A stretch of DNA of 63,618 bases, filler included, from Octopus bimaculoides (taxonomy: Eukaryota): the NCBI RefSeq assembly GCF_001194135.2. It is 6 parts of 5 records of this genome, joined end to end, with 100 filler letters (N's around TTAATTAATTAA, not from the genome) between each part and the next. Parts side by side here need not be neighbours in the genome. Positions count along the whole stretch, not along the records: positions 49,406 to 57,399 come from NC_068996.1; positions 57,500 to 61,051 come from NC_068986.1; positions 61,152 to 63,618 come from NC_068995.1; 3 more parts are not named here. The stretch is one strand, 5' to 3'. Shown piece by piece: positions 52,852-63,618 of the stretch (positions within the stretch are counted from its first letter, which is position 1; each line of letters opens with the position of its first letter). Below the pieces are notes generated by a model, which saw nothing but the letters and a program-made list of their open reading frames with translations, did not search any database and was not told the DNA's origin. Position numbers and translations under genes: made by a program.

Positions 52852-53705
52852 CTTATATGTGTATATATGATATATATATATATACATATATATTTCTTTC
52901 TTTTTGAAACACAAATACGCCTGAAGAATGTATTTGGGTCTCCATGTACGTGAAACTATTAGTAGCATGGTTTATGCATGTGAGGTGATCATATAAAACA
53001 ATACACACACACACATAAATATATATATGTTTTCATGTGTATGTGAGCATGTGTGTGTATGTACATGAATGTTGTTACATCAATAATAACTCTGTTTACA
53101 GTAAGGTGGATGAGTGAGTGTGTCAGTCGATGATGGACACAATATAGTGAGTTGCATGTAGGTACTACATTGTGGTACCTACATACAGCCAGATTGACTG
53201 GACTGTAGTGGTTATAGTACTGTAGGCTATGCCACAGTTTGGCCCCCTACAAGCAGCTTAGTAGATTGGCAACTGACATTTTTAGATATCTTGACTGACA
53301 GATATCTGGAACCAATTTAGAAAGTACCAATCCCCATCAGATAATTGTTCAGGAATTATTCTGGTCCTTAATTGATAAGGAACTAATAAAACCTACTGAC
53401 TCCACACTCCTCATTGAAAATGGAGGGTTGTTGCCTTACAAAAAGAAAGTAATATTAAAAAAAAATTTTTGATTAATTTAATTAAAATAATTAGACTAGT
53501 GCTAGCAAATAGCCATTACTAAATCATACTTTGTTACAACAAATAGACAAGAATAGTTTCAATGCTGCCACATCTTGTAAGATTTTAATAGCATAGAATA
53601 ACAACAAAGGATAGCAGTCAATCAATATTTATCTCAAGAGGGGGTGGTGCGCGGGGGGGGGAGTAGAATGGCAGAGACTAAATTAGAACTTCAAAGAAAT
53701 ATAGA

Positions 53706-54158
53706 TATCTGCATTATCATCACCGCCACCGATGCCATTGCCTCCACTTCAATCATCATCATCATCATCATCACCAACATCAACATCATCATCATTATCA
53801 TTACCCACCATCATCATCATCACCATCATCATCACCATCATCATCATCATCCTCATTGTCATCATCACCACCACCATTACCACCACCATCCTCCTCCTTC
53901 TCCTCATCATCATTGTTGTTGTTATCAGTAGCAGCAGCAGGAGCAGCAGCATCATTGTCATCAACAACGTCAACAACAACATCATCAGCAACAGCAGCAG
54001 CATTATCATTATCATCATCATTGTTACCATTACCATCAGCCCCACCCCACAGCCGCCACCACCACCACCACCATGGCCAACATCATCATCATCATCATCT
54101 CTCTTATCAGTGTTACCATAATTGCCCTCATCACTATCATTACTAATACAATCATCAT

Positions 54159-54221
<63 letters not shown>

Positions 54222-54625
54222 CATATGAAGCTGCAGTTGCATTTCCATTAATCTCTCTACCAACATCACCACCAGCACCAGCACCAAGACCACCACCTCC
54301 ACCTTTATTAAAACATCACCACGTCTACCACCACCACCACCACTGCTGCTACCATCATTATCATCATCATCATCATTATTATCATCATCATCATCAAATC
54401 TTTATCAACATAATCATTTTTATCATCATGTTCATTATATTATCGTGCTCACCACCACCACCACCACCACCACAATCATCATCATTGTTATCACTTCCAC
54501 TGCTACGACTACTACCACTTTCACCAGCACCACCACAATTGCTATCACACAACCCTGTCTTCATCATTATCACCACTATCCCTAATGTTCCCTCCACAAC
54601 CATCCCTACCAAACCACTCCCTAAC

Positions 54626-54681
<56 letters not shown>

Positions 54682-54690
54682 CTGTCATAA
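53706..54690. repeat. About 1-kb CAT/CAC/CAG trinucleotide mosaic
   Basis: Directly visible. It produces spurious poly-H/I/S/A ORFs. Confidence 0.9.
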
Positions 54691-55065
54691 TCATGTTTGA
54701 ATCTATTTTATCTTACTGGCCTGAAATGGACAGATCTGCCATACATCATCATATTGCCACACATCACACATCATGCATCATCTCATCTGTGAGGCAAGCT
54801 ATCCTTTCATCTTGTTCGGTACACTTTACTGGTAACATTTGATGTTATCAGAAGCAGTGGAGTGGCAGAAATAGTAGAGAACCACACTAATTGCCTTACA
54901 GTGGCAGAAAATAGTACATTGTCACACTAATTGCCTTACACTATTTCAATACATTGCCCTCTCTTCGAGCTTCACTACTTATGATTATTTATTTCAGTTT
55001 GACTTTCATGAACCATGTACCAGTAATTTGATGTGGGACACTCAATGCTTAACACCCAAATGCTC

Positions 55066-55067
<2 letters not shown>

Positions 55068-55152
<85 letters not shown>
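55068..55152. repeat. Pure (CT)n tract
   Basis: Directly visible. Confidence 0.95.
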
Positions 55153-55157
<5 letters not shown>

Positions 55158-55612
55158 TTGTGACCTTGTTCCAAAGTTTAGAAATCAATATTTACTTCAC
55201 ATAAAAGCAGAATAGCTTGGAAGGTAAAATTCCGAAGGGAGCAGAGTTGATCCATGATATAGCTTATGATCCTCATTATTTATGTCAACAGTGTCCCCAC
55301 TCCCCGTCATTGGGGGTGGGGATGAGGAATTCATGATTGTCACATCTTGCCATATTTCTTTGACTTCAAATACGTAAACATTGTATCAAGTTGAAAAGCA
55401 AAAGAATGTGTAACTGTAACTGTGTGAATTAAATAGAATAACAGACAGACAGACAGACAGGCAGACAGGCAGACAGGCAGACAGGCAGACAGGCAGACAG
55501 GCAAATGGATCAATAGAAGGATAGACAGACAGACGGACAGAAAGGTATATATATATTTATATATAGAGAGATAGACAGACAGATAGACAGAACAACAGAC
55601 AGACAAACAGAT

Positions 55613-55675
<63 letters not shown>

Positions 55676-55677
55676 CC

Positions 55678-55732
<55 letters not shown>

Positions 55733-56228
55733 ACTTTAAATACACACATACACATATCTTTTATTTTTTACTTGTTTCTGCCACTGGACTGTCGCCATGA
55801 TGGGACTAGCTTTGGAGGGTTTTAGTTGAACAAGTGAAGACCAATACTTACAAAGGATTAAAGAAAGAAGACTGAACAGAACATGAAAGGAACCTTATAT
55901 TTATCCCTTTCAGTTTTATGTACTGAAATTAAGATACTTAAACTCTTGTTTAAAGGTTTCCAGGTTTACCATAATTTTTACTGGCTGCCGAAAACCGTTT
56001 TTCTTTCTTTGCTTTCTTCAGAAGGCAGCATATGAAATCTATAAAAGCAGAACTGCAACAGACATTGCATAGCATTTTAACCATCATCTCATTCTTTAGG
56101 ATGAAAAATGAAGACGACTACCAATCATAAGACTACTTATATATTCACCTCTCAGTCATCGTCATAATCATCATCACCAACATCATCAACATCATCATCA
56201 TCACCATCACCACCGCCACCACCACCCA

Positions 56229-56273
<45 letters not shown>

Positions 56274-56281
56274 AGAGCGTC

Positions 56282-56827
56282 ATGTTCGTCATCACCACCC
56301 CTAGAGGCGAACTGGCGTACCGCTTTAGAAGGGCCCTAGACAAACTTAAGCTAAGAATTAAGGTTGTTGAAAGGCCAGGCAACCCTATCAAATCCCTTAT
56401 CAGTAGAACATACCCTTTTAGTAGAACACCCTGCACTGATAGGAACTGTACTGTATGTAGATTTAGCCCACAAACAAACTGTAAAACCAGAAATGTGGTC
56501 TATGGTATAAGATGTACAGAGTGACGATGCAGTAACAAGACAACGACGTATGTAGCAGAAACAGCACGGAGCATAGGAGAGCGGGTAAATGGACATTGGA
56601 AGGAACTTAAGGAAGAGAAGAGCTCATCAGTTCTGTACCAGCACGCTGAGCAAGAACATGGAGGCTCACTCAACAACATAGAAATTAAAATCTTGTCCAC
56701 ACATAGAACAGACGCAGCACTTAGACAAATTACAGAAGCTATACACATAATAGAAGAGAAACCTAGCCTGAATAGGAAACTGGAATGGAACACTAACACC
56801 CCCCCCCCAACAAACCACAACATATGA
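56282..56827 (+). mobile_element. 5'-truncated Penelope-like retroelement: GIY-YIG endonuclease region with one in-frame stop
   Basis: Reads ...PCTDRNCTVC...NCKTRNVVYGIRCTE*RCSNKTTTYVAETARSIGERVNGHW...LYQHAEQEH...LRQITEAIHI...KPSLN. TGA at 56522-56524 (probably a former Cys). It is followed by an A-rich non-coding tail carrying a hammerhead. Confidence 0.88.
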
Positions 56828-57199
56828 CAATAAATTCCCCATAAACCGATAACAATATGAACAAAATATAATACAATACATAGATAAACAAATGGAATTA
56901 AATACTACATACGTTAACAAAATTAAATTAAATACAAAAACAAAACAAAAACAAAACACACAAAAAGAAGTAGGTATAAACGCATGAACAAATAAATAAA
57001 TAAAAACAAAAATAAACGAACATGTATTAACAGAGGATATAGATAATACAGGTACTCCCCATACACACATATGCACTTATAAAACATAGACACACAGAGA
57101 GAGATACGCATGCGTAGACACATACAATAGGAATACAAAATACAAAATGGCTGATAGTTAGCAAGGTGGGACACACATAAGAAGGAAGGAAACAAAGGA

Positions 57200-57239
57200 C
57201 CACTGATGAGGTCACAGAAGTGTGACGAAAGAACTCTGG
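57200..57239 (+). ncRNA. Minimal type I hammerhead ribozyme fold downstream of the Penelope-like ORF
   Basis: CCA-CTGATGA-G-GTCACA-GAAG-TGTGAC-GAAA-GAAC-TC-TGG: 3-bp stem I, 6-bp stem II, 2-bp stem III, and one extra G between A9 and stem II. About 370 nt 3' of the GIY-YIG ORF stop, on the same strand. Confidence 0.7.
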
Positions 57240-57499
57240 CCAAAATATGATTAAGATTAATGTAATATAAAGCTGAAGCAAATTAACACCAAATATACAG
57301 TGCGTGTGTTTTTATTGGCTAAACTGGCAATATGACCATCCCCAAGTACAACAACATCTGTTTCAACACACGATTTCACATCAAAAATCTTGCAAAACAN
57401 NNNNNNNNNNNNNNNNNNNNNNNNNNNNNNNNNNNNNNNNNNNTTAATTAATTAANNNNNNNNNNNNNNNNNNNNNNNNNNNNNNNNNNNNNNNNNNNN

Positions 57500-57636
57500 T
57501 GTTTCCTTCTTTCTTATGTGTGTCTCACCTTGCTAACTATCAGCCATTTTGTATTTTGTATTCCTATTGAATGTGTCTACGCATGCCTGTCCTTCAACGT
57601 GTCTGTGTCTTTTGTAAGTGCATGTGTGTATGGGGA

Positions 57637-57640
<4 letters not shown>
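57500..57640 (-). mobile_element. Inverted, diverged copy of the Penelope-like 3' non-coding segment (57050-57195)
   Basis: Reverse complement of TACGCATGCGTAGACACATACAATAGGAATACAAAATACAAAATGGCTGATAGTTAGCAAGGTGGGACACACATAAGAAGG with several substitutions. An artificial join lies between the two copies. Confidence 0.75.
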
Positions 57641-57681
<41 letters not shown>

Positions 57682-58257
57682 AAAGGGAGAGTAGAGGAGG
57701 AAGGAAATTGCGAAAAATTGAACTGCGGTAAGGTTTGTGGAAAGTTCCCAGTGAACTACATTATTACACAGGTGGCGGTTTCCACCTTAATTACAGATCG
57801 TATTCACGAACCCTGCCGTAGATAATAACCTGGGAAGTGCCGATCTCTGCTGCTCTGTTTGGTTGACTTACTCTTATGAATGTCTTCTCGAAAAGACATA
57901 CAAGGGCCAAGTTAGTATAATACAGCTACGTCTGCTTTAGTACACCACCTCTTTCTCTGCTTCATCTCCTCTCTCTCTCTCTCTATCTCTCTTTCTATCT
58001 CTCTCTCTCTCTACTACCTCCTCACTCTTTGTCTTCTCCTAAAAAAAAAGTTTACTAGAGCATTATGAAGTGAAGAAATACTTAATGTTTCGCGTAGCGC
58101 TTGTTTAGACTCAATTGAACTTGGGATAATGTTTTTTTGTCTGATACGCTAGTCCTTGACTCCGCACCCGTGGGACAGCGGAGGAGAAGAGATGGTGCAC
58201 GGGGAACAGAGAAATAAACTAAGAGTTTGGTGGGTGGGGTGTAAACAGAGATAATGA

Positions 58258-58295
<38 letters not shown>

Positions 58296-58562
58296 GTGTG
58301 CGTGTGTGTGTGTATTTGTTTAAAAAGTTAAGTATATGTGAGATGAGAATATATGTGCGTGTTTCTGGGAATCCTGTCATTTCTGCGTATTTATGGTGCT
58401 TGTGTGTGTGTTAGTACATACAATGTGATAATACTTGTATATATCACATGAATTATAGTAAGTATATATACTTGGCCGCGTGTGTATGTACATATATATA
58501 ATATATAAGGATGAGACACGTGTTATTTGGTCTCTAATTTATATGTTAATATTTTGGCGTAT

Positions 58563-58630
58563 CCGCTGATGAGAACTTCGCTTTGCAAATTATTTTATTT
58601 GCTAATCAAAGTTCGAAACCTGAGGTCCGG
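58563..58630 (+). ncRNA. Minimal type I hammerhead ribozyme fold with fully canonical core
   Basis: CCG-CTGATGA-GAACTT...AAGTTC-GAAA-CC-TGA-GG-TC-CGG. All conserved core nucleotides are present. Stem II is extended by GCAAAT/ATTTGC. Predicted GUC cleavage after 58627. Confidence 0.85.
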
Positions 58631-58749
58631 CTGTAAAACATGGTAAATGTTTTTATTTTTCATTCCCTTCGAAATTGATCTTATCTGTGATTTGGACTTT
58701 TTGGCTGCTCTTAAGGCTCGCCTCTTTGTGTTTAAACGTACACTAATTT

Positions 58750-58787
<38 letters not shown>

Positions 58788-58819
58788 TGGCTAAACTGGC
58801 AATATGACCATCCCCAAGT

Positions 58820-58869
<50 letters not shown>

Positions 58870-58929
58870 CAATGTTTTTATATTTGTATGTGTGTATTAA
58901 TATATACACATATATATATATATATATAT

Positions 58930-58980
<51 letters not shown>

Positions 58981-59226
58981 AGTATGTATGTATATATAAG
59001 TATACATATATACATACATGTATACATATATATATATGTGTATGCATATATACATGCATGCACATATGTATATATGTATACATATATATATACATGTATG
59101 TGTATATATATATATATATATATATANNNNNNNNNNNNNNNNNNNNNNNNNNNNNNNNNNNNNNNNNNNNNNNNNNNNNNNNNNNNNNNNNNNNNNNNNN
59201 NNNNNNNNNNNNNNNNNNNNNNNNNN

Positions 59227-59264
<38 letters not shown>

Positions 59265-60904
59265 ACATTGCTAAATACGTCTTAATATGCGTGAATGTGT
59301 AGGTGTAGTATTTGTGTGTTTATATGTGGTATATGCTGTTGTATATGTTTACGTATTGGATTTAAGTGTGCATATGCAGGATCTTGGGAACTGTTGTGAG
59401 TGTATTATGTGCAGGAGAAAAAGAAGAAAAAAGATTTGAAAAGCGTTATTGTATATGAGGCACCTATTGAGGTTTATCGATTGAAACGAGCGAGAGAAGT
59501 ATTTTTTAAAGGGTCATATGTTATTGGAATTAAGGGCTGAATATTGATCGAGTTCTACGATGGATCATAGAGGTATTGATTTCTCACTCAGGCATAAGGC
59601 CAGTTCTTGAAAAGAAGAGCGGAGTACATTGAATCGACGATCGTTCAAATTAGTTTCTTTTGACTAGGCACTGGGTCCAATATATTGAAGAGATGGGAAA
59701 TGAATGTCTGTAACGTTCTTGTTTCTTTTTGTTTTTGCCGTTTTTGTTTTTGTCTTCTTCTTTATTGTTTGCAACAGCTTTAGTAGGGCAAAGAGAACGA
59801 AATGGTTGCTAAGAAGAATCAAAAACTGACTTGCGGTGTTGATTCACTGCTAACTTGCCTTTGCCAAACGGTGCTTATAACAAGAATGTAAATATTGATT
59901 TTGGTTTTGAAAAGGAATACACGTCATATGTATTAGGTTAAGGGGAATGTGAGGTTATGACACGTATACATTTCCAAATGGCCTTAGTAGCACCAGTGAA
60001 GTGAAACATTTTTTTTTTTTTTATCGGGAGCTGAAAATCAGCAGCAGATTTCACTAGAGAGGAATCCATCTTTTATATCATAGTGCTCGCCGCAAGAATT
60101 CTAAATATGTTTTAGATAAGAAATGGGGTACATCGTGAATGAAATAGGAGTAGAGAGAAAAACAAGGGTTAAAGACTGGATAATGAGTGCATAATTTATT
60201 TAGGCAGAGTTGTACATAAAACGATGATACATACAGACCGCTGTAACACTGTATGGATCAAACTATCTGATGCTATTCATCGCTGGACACTATAGGTCGC
60301 ATTATTGTAGCTTTCGAATGATTCCACACCGTTGGCTATGCAGACAAGCCAACGTTCATCCCGAAAGGAACGCCAGTCCGTTGCAAGGTTACCTATTTAC
60401 AGCTTGGTGGACGGGAGCAGCGTGAAGCGTTTTGATCAGGAACGCAAAGCAACGCCAGTCTGAGAATCAGGATCACTTTCTTCCGTTCGTGAATGCAACA
60501 CCTTAAACACTATGCCACACGTCTTCAGATTCACTTATATGTGAGGATAAATGTTTAATGCATAGGACCGGCCGATGCTTAACATCACATAAATGGATAA
60601 GGTGCCAACTATGCTGCAAGTCGTTTTTCAACGAACGACTATGTACCTATTTTACAGCTAAGTGAAATAAGGCACAATAAAACGAAAAACCGTCATGCTT
60701 AGAAACACATTCTATGGAATGATCATTCGCAGTTCCAATCCACAACTGATCAAAATAATACGAGTTGACATAGTCTTTTTGAAGATTATCGAGTGGACTA
60801 ATGTTTGGCTGAGGATGGAAGGCAGTGAAATACTAATGTGAGATCACAATGATATATCAAAGACTGAAGGAGACGAAAATAAAAAAAAAAGGTAGCAAGA
60901 GAGA

Positions 60905-60941
<37 letters not shown>

Positions 60942-61020
60942 GAAAGAGGAGGATGGAGAGAAAAGGAGAGATAGAAGGAGGATTGAAAGCGAGGTTTGTG
61001 TACGTGTATGTTCATGTCTG

Positions 61021-61051
<31 letters not shown>

Positions 61052-61185
61052 NNNNNNNNNNNNNNNNNNNNNNNNNNNNNNNNNNNNNNNNNNNNTTAAT
61101 TAATTAANNNNNNNNNNNNNNNNNNNNNNNNNNNNNNNNNNNNNNNNNNNNATATATATCTGCTAAGCTGGCTATGTTAAAGATA

Positions 61186-61849
61186 TAGCAATTACGAAAA
61201 TAAAATATAATCCTTCCTACAATAGGCACAAGGACTAAAATTTGGGCGAGTGGGATAGTTGATTACATCGACCCCAGTGTTCAACTAGTACTTATTTCGT
61301 TATCCCCTAAAGGATGAAAGGCAAAGTAGACCTCGGCTGAATTTAAACTCAGAACATAAGGACGAACGAAATGTAAAAATAGCAGTAATAGCAACAACGA
61401 CAATAATAATAGTTTCAAATATTGGCACAAGGCCAGCAATTTTAGGAGACGAGAGTTAGTCGATTACATTGACCCGAGCACTCGACTGGTATTTATTTTA
61501 TCAACTCTAGAGAGTTGAAAGGTAAAGTTGACCTCGGTGAAATTTGAACTCAGAACCTAATAAATCCGAAGAAATATCACTAGGCATTTTATCCAACACT
61601 ATAACGGTTCTGCTCGGTTGCTACTTCAACAACAATTATAAGAATCCTTTGAAATATTGGCACAAGGCCTGAATTTTTTTACGGGGTGGGATCTAGTTGA
61701 TTATATCGTCTCCAGTGCCCCACTGGTATTTAATTCATCGACCCTGAAAGGATAATTTCGGCAGAATTCAAACTTAGAACATAAAGACGGGCAAAATACC
61801 GCTAAATATTTTGTCCAACCTGCTACCAATTCTACTAGCTCGCCGGTTC

Positions 61850-61884
<35 letters not shown>

Positions 61885-62341
61885 TAATAATAATAATAAT
61901 GATAATGCTTTCAAATTTTGCCGCAAGGGCGGTAATTTTGAGGAAGAGGATGAATCTGTAGCACTGACCCCAGTGTTCATCTGGTACATATTTTATCGAC
62001 TCTGAAAAGATGAAAGACGGACGAAATGCCGCTAAGCATTTTTCCCGGCGTGCTAACGATTCTGCCAGCTCGCCGCCCTAACAACAACAACAACAACAAC
62101 AACAACAATAATAATAATAATAATAATCCTTCCTGTATAGGCACAAGGTCTGAAATTTTGGGGGAGGGGTAAGTCGATAGCATCAACCCCTCAGTACTCA
62201 ACTGGTACTTAATTCATCGACTCCGAAAGGATGAAAGTCAAAGTCGACCTCGGTGGAATTTGAACTCAGAACGTAGCGGCAGACGAAATACCGCTAAGCA
62301 TTTCACCCGGCATGCTAACCGTTCTGCCAGCTCGCCGCCCT
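61186..62341 (-). mobile_element. Head-to-tail chain of five family F tRNA-derived SINEs separated by (ATT/GTT)n tails
   Basis: Units at about 61186-61370, 61410-61630, 61640-61850, 61895-62078 and 62125-62340. Head GGCGGCGAGCTGGCAGAA...GTTCTGAGTTCAAATTCC. Dispersed copies at 43850-44020(+), 45405-45560(-), 38240-38360(+) and 25700-25790(-). Confidence 0.82.
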
Positions 62342-62386
62342 AACAACAACAATAATACCAACGACAGAAACAACAACAACAACAAC

Positions 62387-62436
<50 letters not shown>

Positions 62437-62437
<1 letters not shown>

Positions 62438-62900
62438 GCGATACCGGGAAAATGGTATCAACACGAACCAGAAACTGTGACAGAGAATAAGAATTACAGA
62501 ATTTTATAGGACCTCCCCATAAAGATCGACCATACTATTGAAGCGAGAAAACCAGATGTGATTATGAAGGATAAAATATGCAAACAGTGTAAGATCATAG
62601 ACTTCGCAGTTCATTTTGATAACAGAGTTGATACCAAAGCAATTGAAAAAAAATTGAGAAATAACAAGATCAAACCAGAGAATTGAATAGACTATGGAAG
62701 ACTAAGACAACAATTATTCTTGTGGTAATTGGTACACTTGGCACAACACCCAAAGTGCTACACAAGAGACTGAAAAATATTGGAATTCGGAATCGCAGAA
62801 AAGTATTGTCCTATATTGTGCAAAAATCCAAGAAAAGATTCTTGAGATTTGAGATTTGTCACCAAACCTCAAGTTAACATTCCTGCTAATTAGATAAGCA
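62437..62900 (+). mobile_element. Third R4/Dong-like 3' fragment, between (AAT)n tracts
   Basis: KWYQHEPETVTENKNYRIL*DLPIKIDHTIEARKPDVIMKDK...IIDFAV...LWKTKTTIILVVIGTLGT. Confidence 0.78.
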
Positions 62901-63129
62901 TGTACTAGCTTGATGATGATAATAACAACAACAACAACAACAACAATAATAATAATGATAATAATTTTATTTATCACAAGGGCGAAGGATGAGGGGGACA
63001 ATAATATAATGAAATGATAAAATTAGAAAAATTAATTAATTAATTAATTTAAAAGGGTAAATATACACTGAAAAAGAAGGGACACATACATAGTATACAA
63101 AGGTTAAAAAGGAGATAAATAAATAATAA

Positions 63130-63618
63130 ATTAAAATAATTTTTTTTTAAATAAAAAAGGGTGTAGGATGATAGAGATGTCCTGATACAGGAGAACCTCT
63201 AGGGATAATCGAGGAACCCCACTGTCCGAGATTTCTCTGAACATCAAGAGCAAGTGCTTCTCTCCGACTTACAGGTCTACAGAGATACGTACCATCCACT
63301 CTTACCATTTTCACAACTTTCACCCACCTTTCAATAAACTCACTCGAGGACAGCACTTCTCTGTCCACTCTCACTTTCCTTTTCAAGTGAAACTTGAAGA
63401 AGTCAATGATATCTCTACCAAAGAGGAATGTATGTCCTCATGCTTTTCAGCCTTGTCCACCAAACAATCTCTTTGGCCACAGCCACCACGCAAAGGAAAA
63501 CTGCCTTGCCTGATCGACTGAAGGAGGGAGGCGGGGCAATCATCACTACAGACTCGACCGACAGACGGATCCGTCCCACACGTGACAGCAGCTGTTCGAC
63601 ATAACCTCACAAGTCAGT
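63130..63618 (-). mobile_element. L1/Tx1-like ORF2 3' end, running off the window edge
   Basis: YVEQLLSRVGRIRLSVESVVMIAPPPSFSRSGKAVFLCVVAVAKEIVWWTR.../KRKVRVDREVLSSSEFIERWVKV, followed by an A/T-rich tail. Confidence 0.78.

Overview
AT-rich, microsatellite-dense, gap-ridden animal genomic DNA. The SINE and microsatellite landscape suggests an octopod cephalopod (inference). The only host gene I can support is an activin/TGF-beta R-SMAD (Smad2/3 type) on the minus strand. Five coding exons splice in frame through canonical AG/GT sites: 10997-10804, 9937-9794, 8705-8646, a 33-nt microexon at 5205-5173, and 643-431. They cover the C-terminal half of MH1, the linker and the start of MH2. The first coding exon is not visible and the last MH2 exons lie left of the window. 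The rest is intron or intergenic DNA filled with SINEs, decayed LINEs (R4/Dong-like, L1/Tx1-like, RTE), a Penelope-like GIY-YIG fragment, a mariner fossil and TTAA MITEs. Items not in the ORF track: (1) Two copies of a GG-terminated DNA transposon with exact 8-bp TSDs share their arms but carry different interiors. One holds a mirrored (TTAGGG)n-(CCCTAA)n telomere-like palindrome, the other a hAT-like peptide remnant. (2) Three well-formed minimal hammerhead ribozyme folds all lie antisense to Smad, whereas the ones I found on the Smad sense strand are core-mutated. (3) A Leu-to-His change sits next to the SMAD DNA-binding beta-hairpin. Five TTAATTAATTAA spacers inside N runs are artificial contig joins, so adjacency beyond about 13.7 kb is not guaranteed. 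Repeat boundaries are approximate; exon, TSD and ribozyme coordinates were counted base by base.
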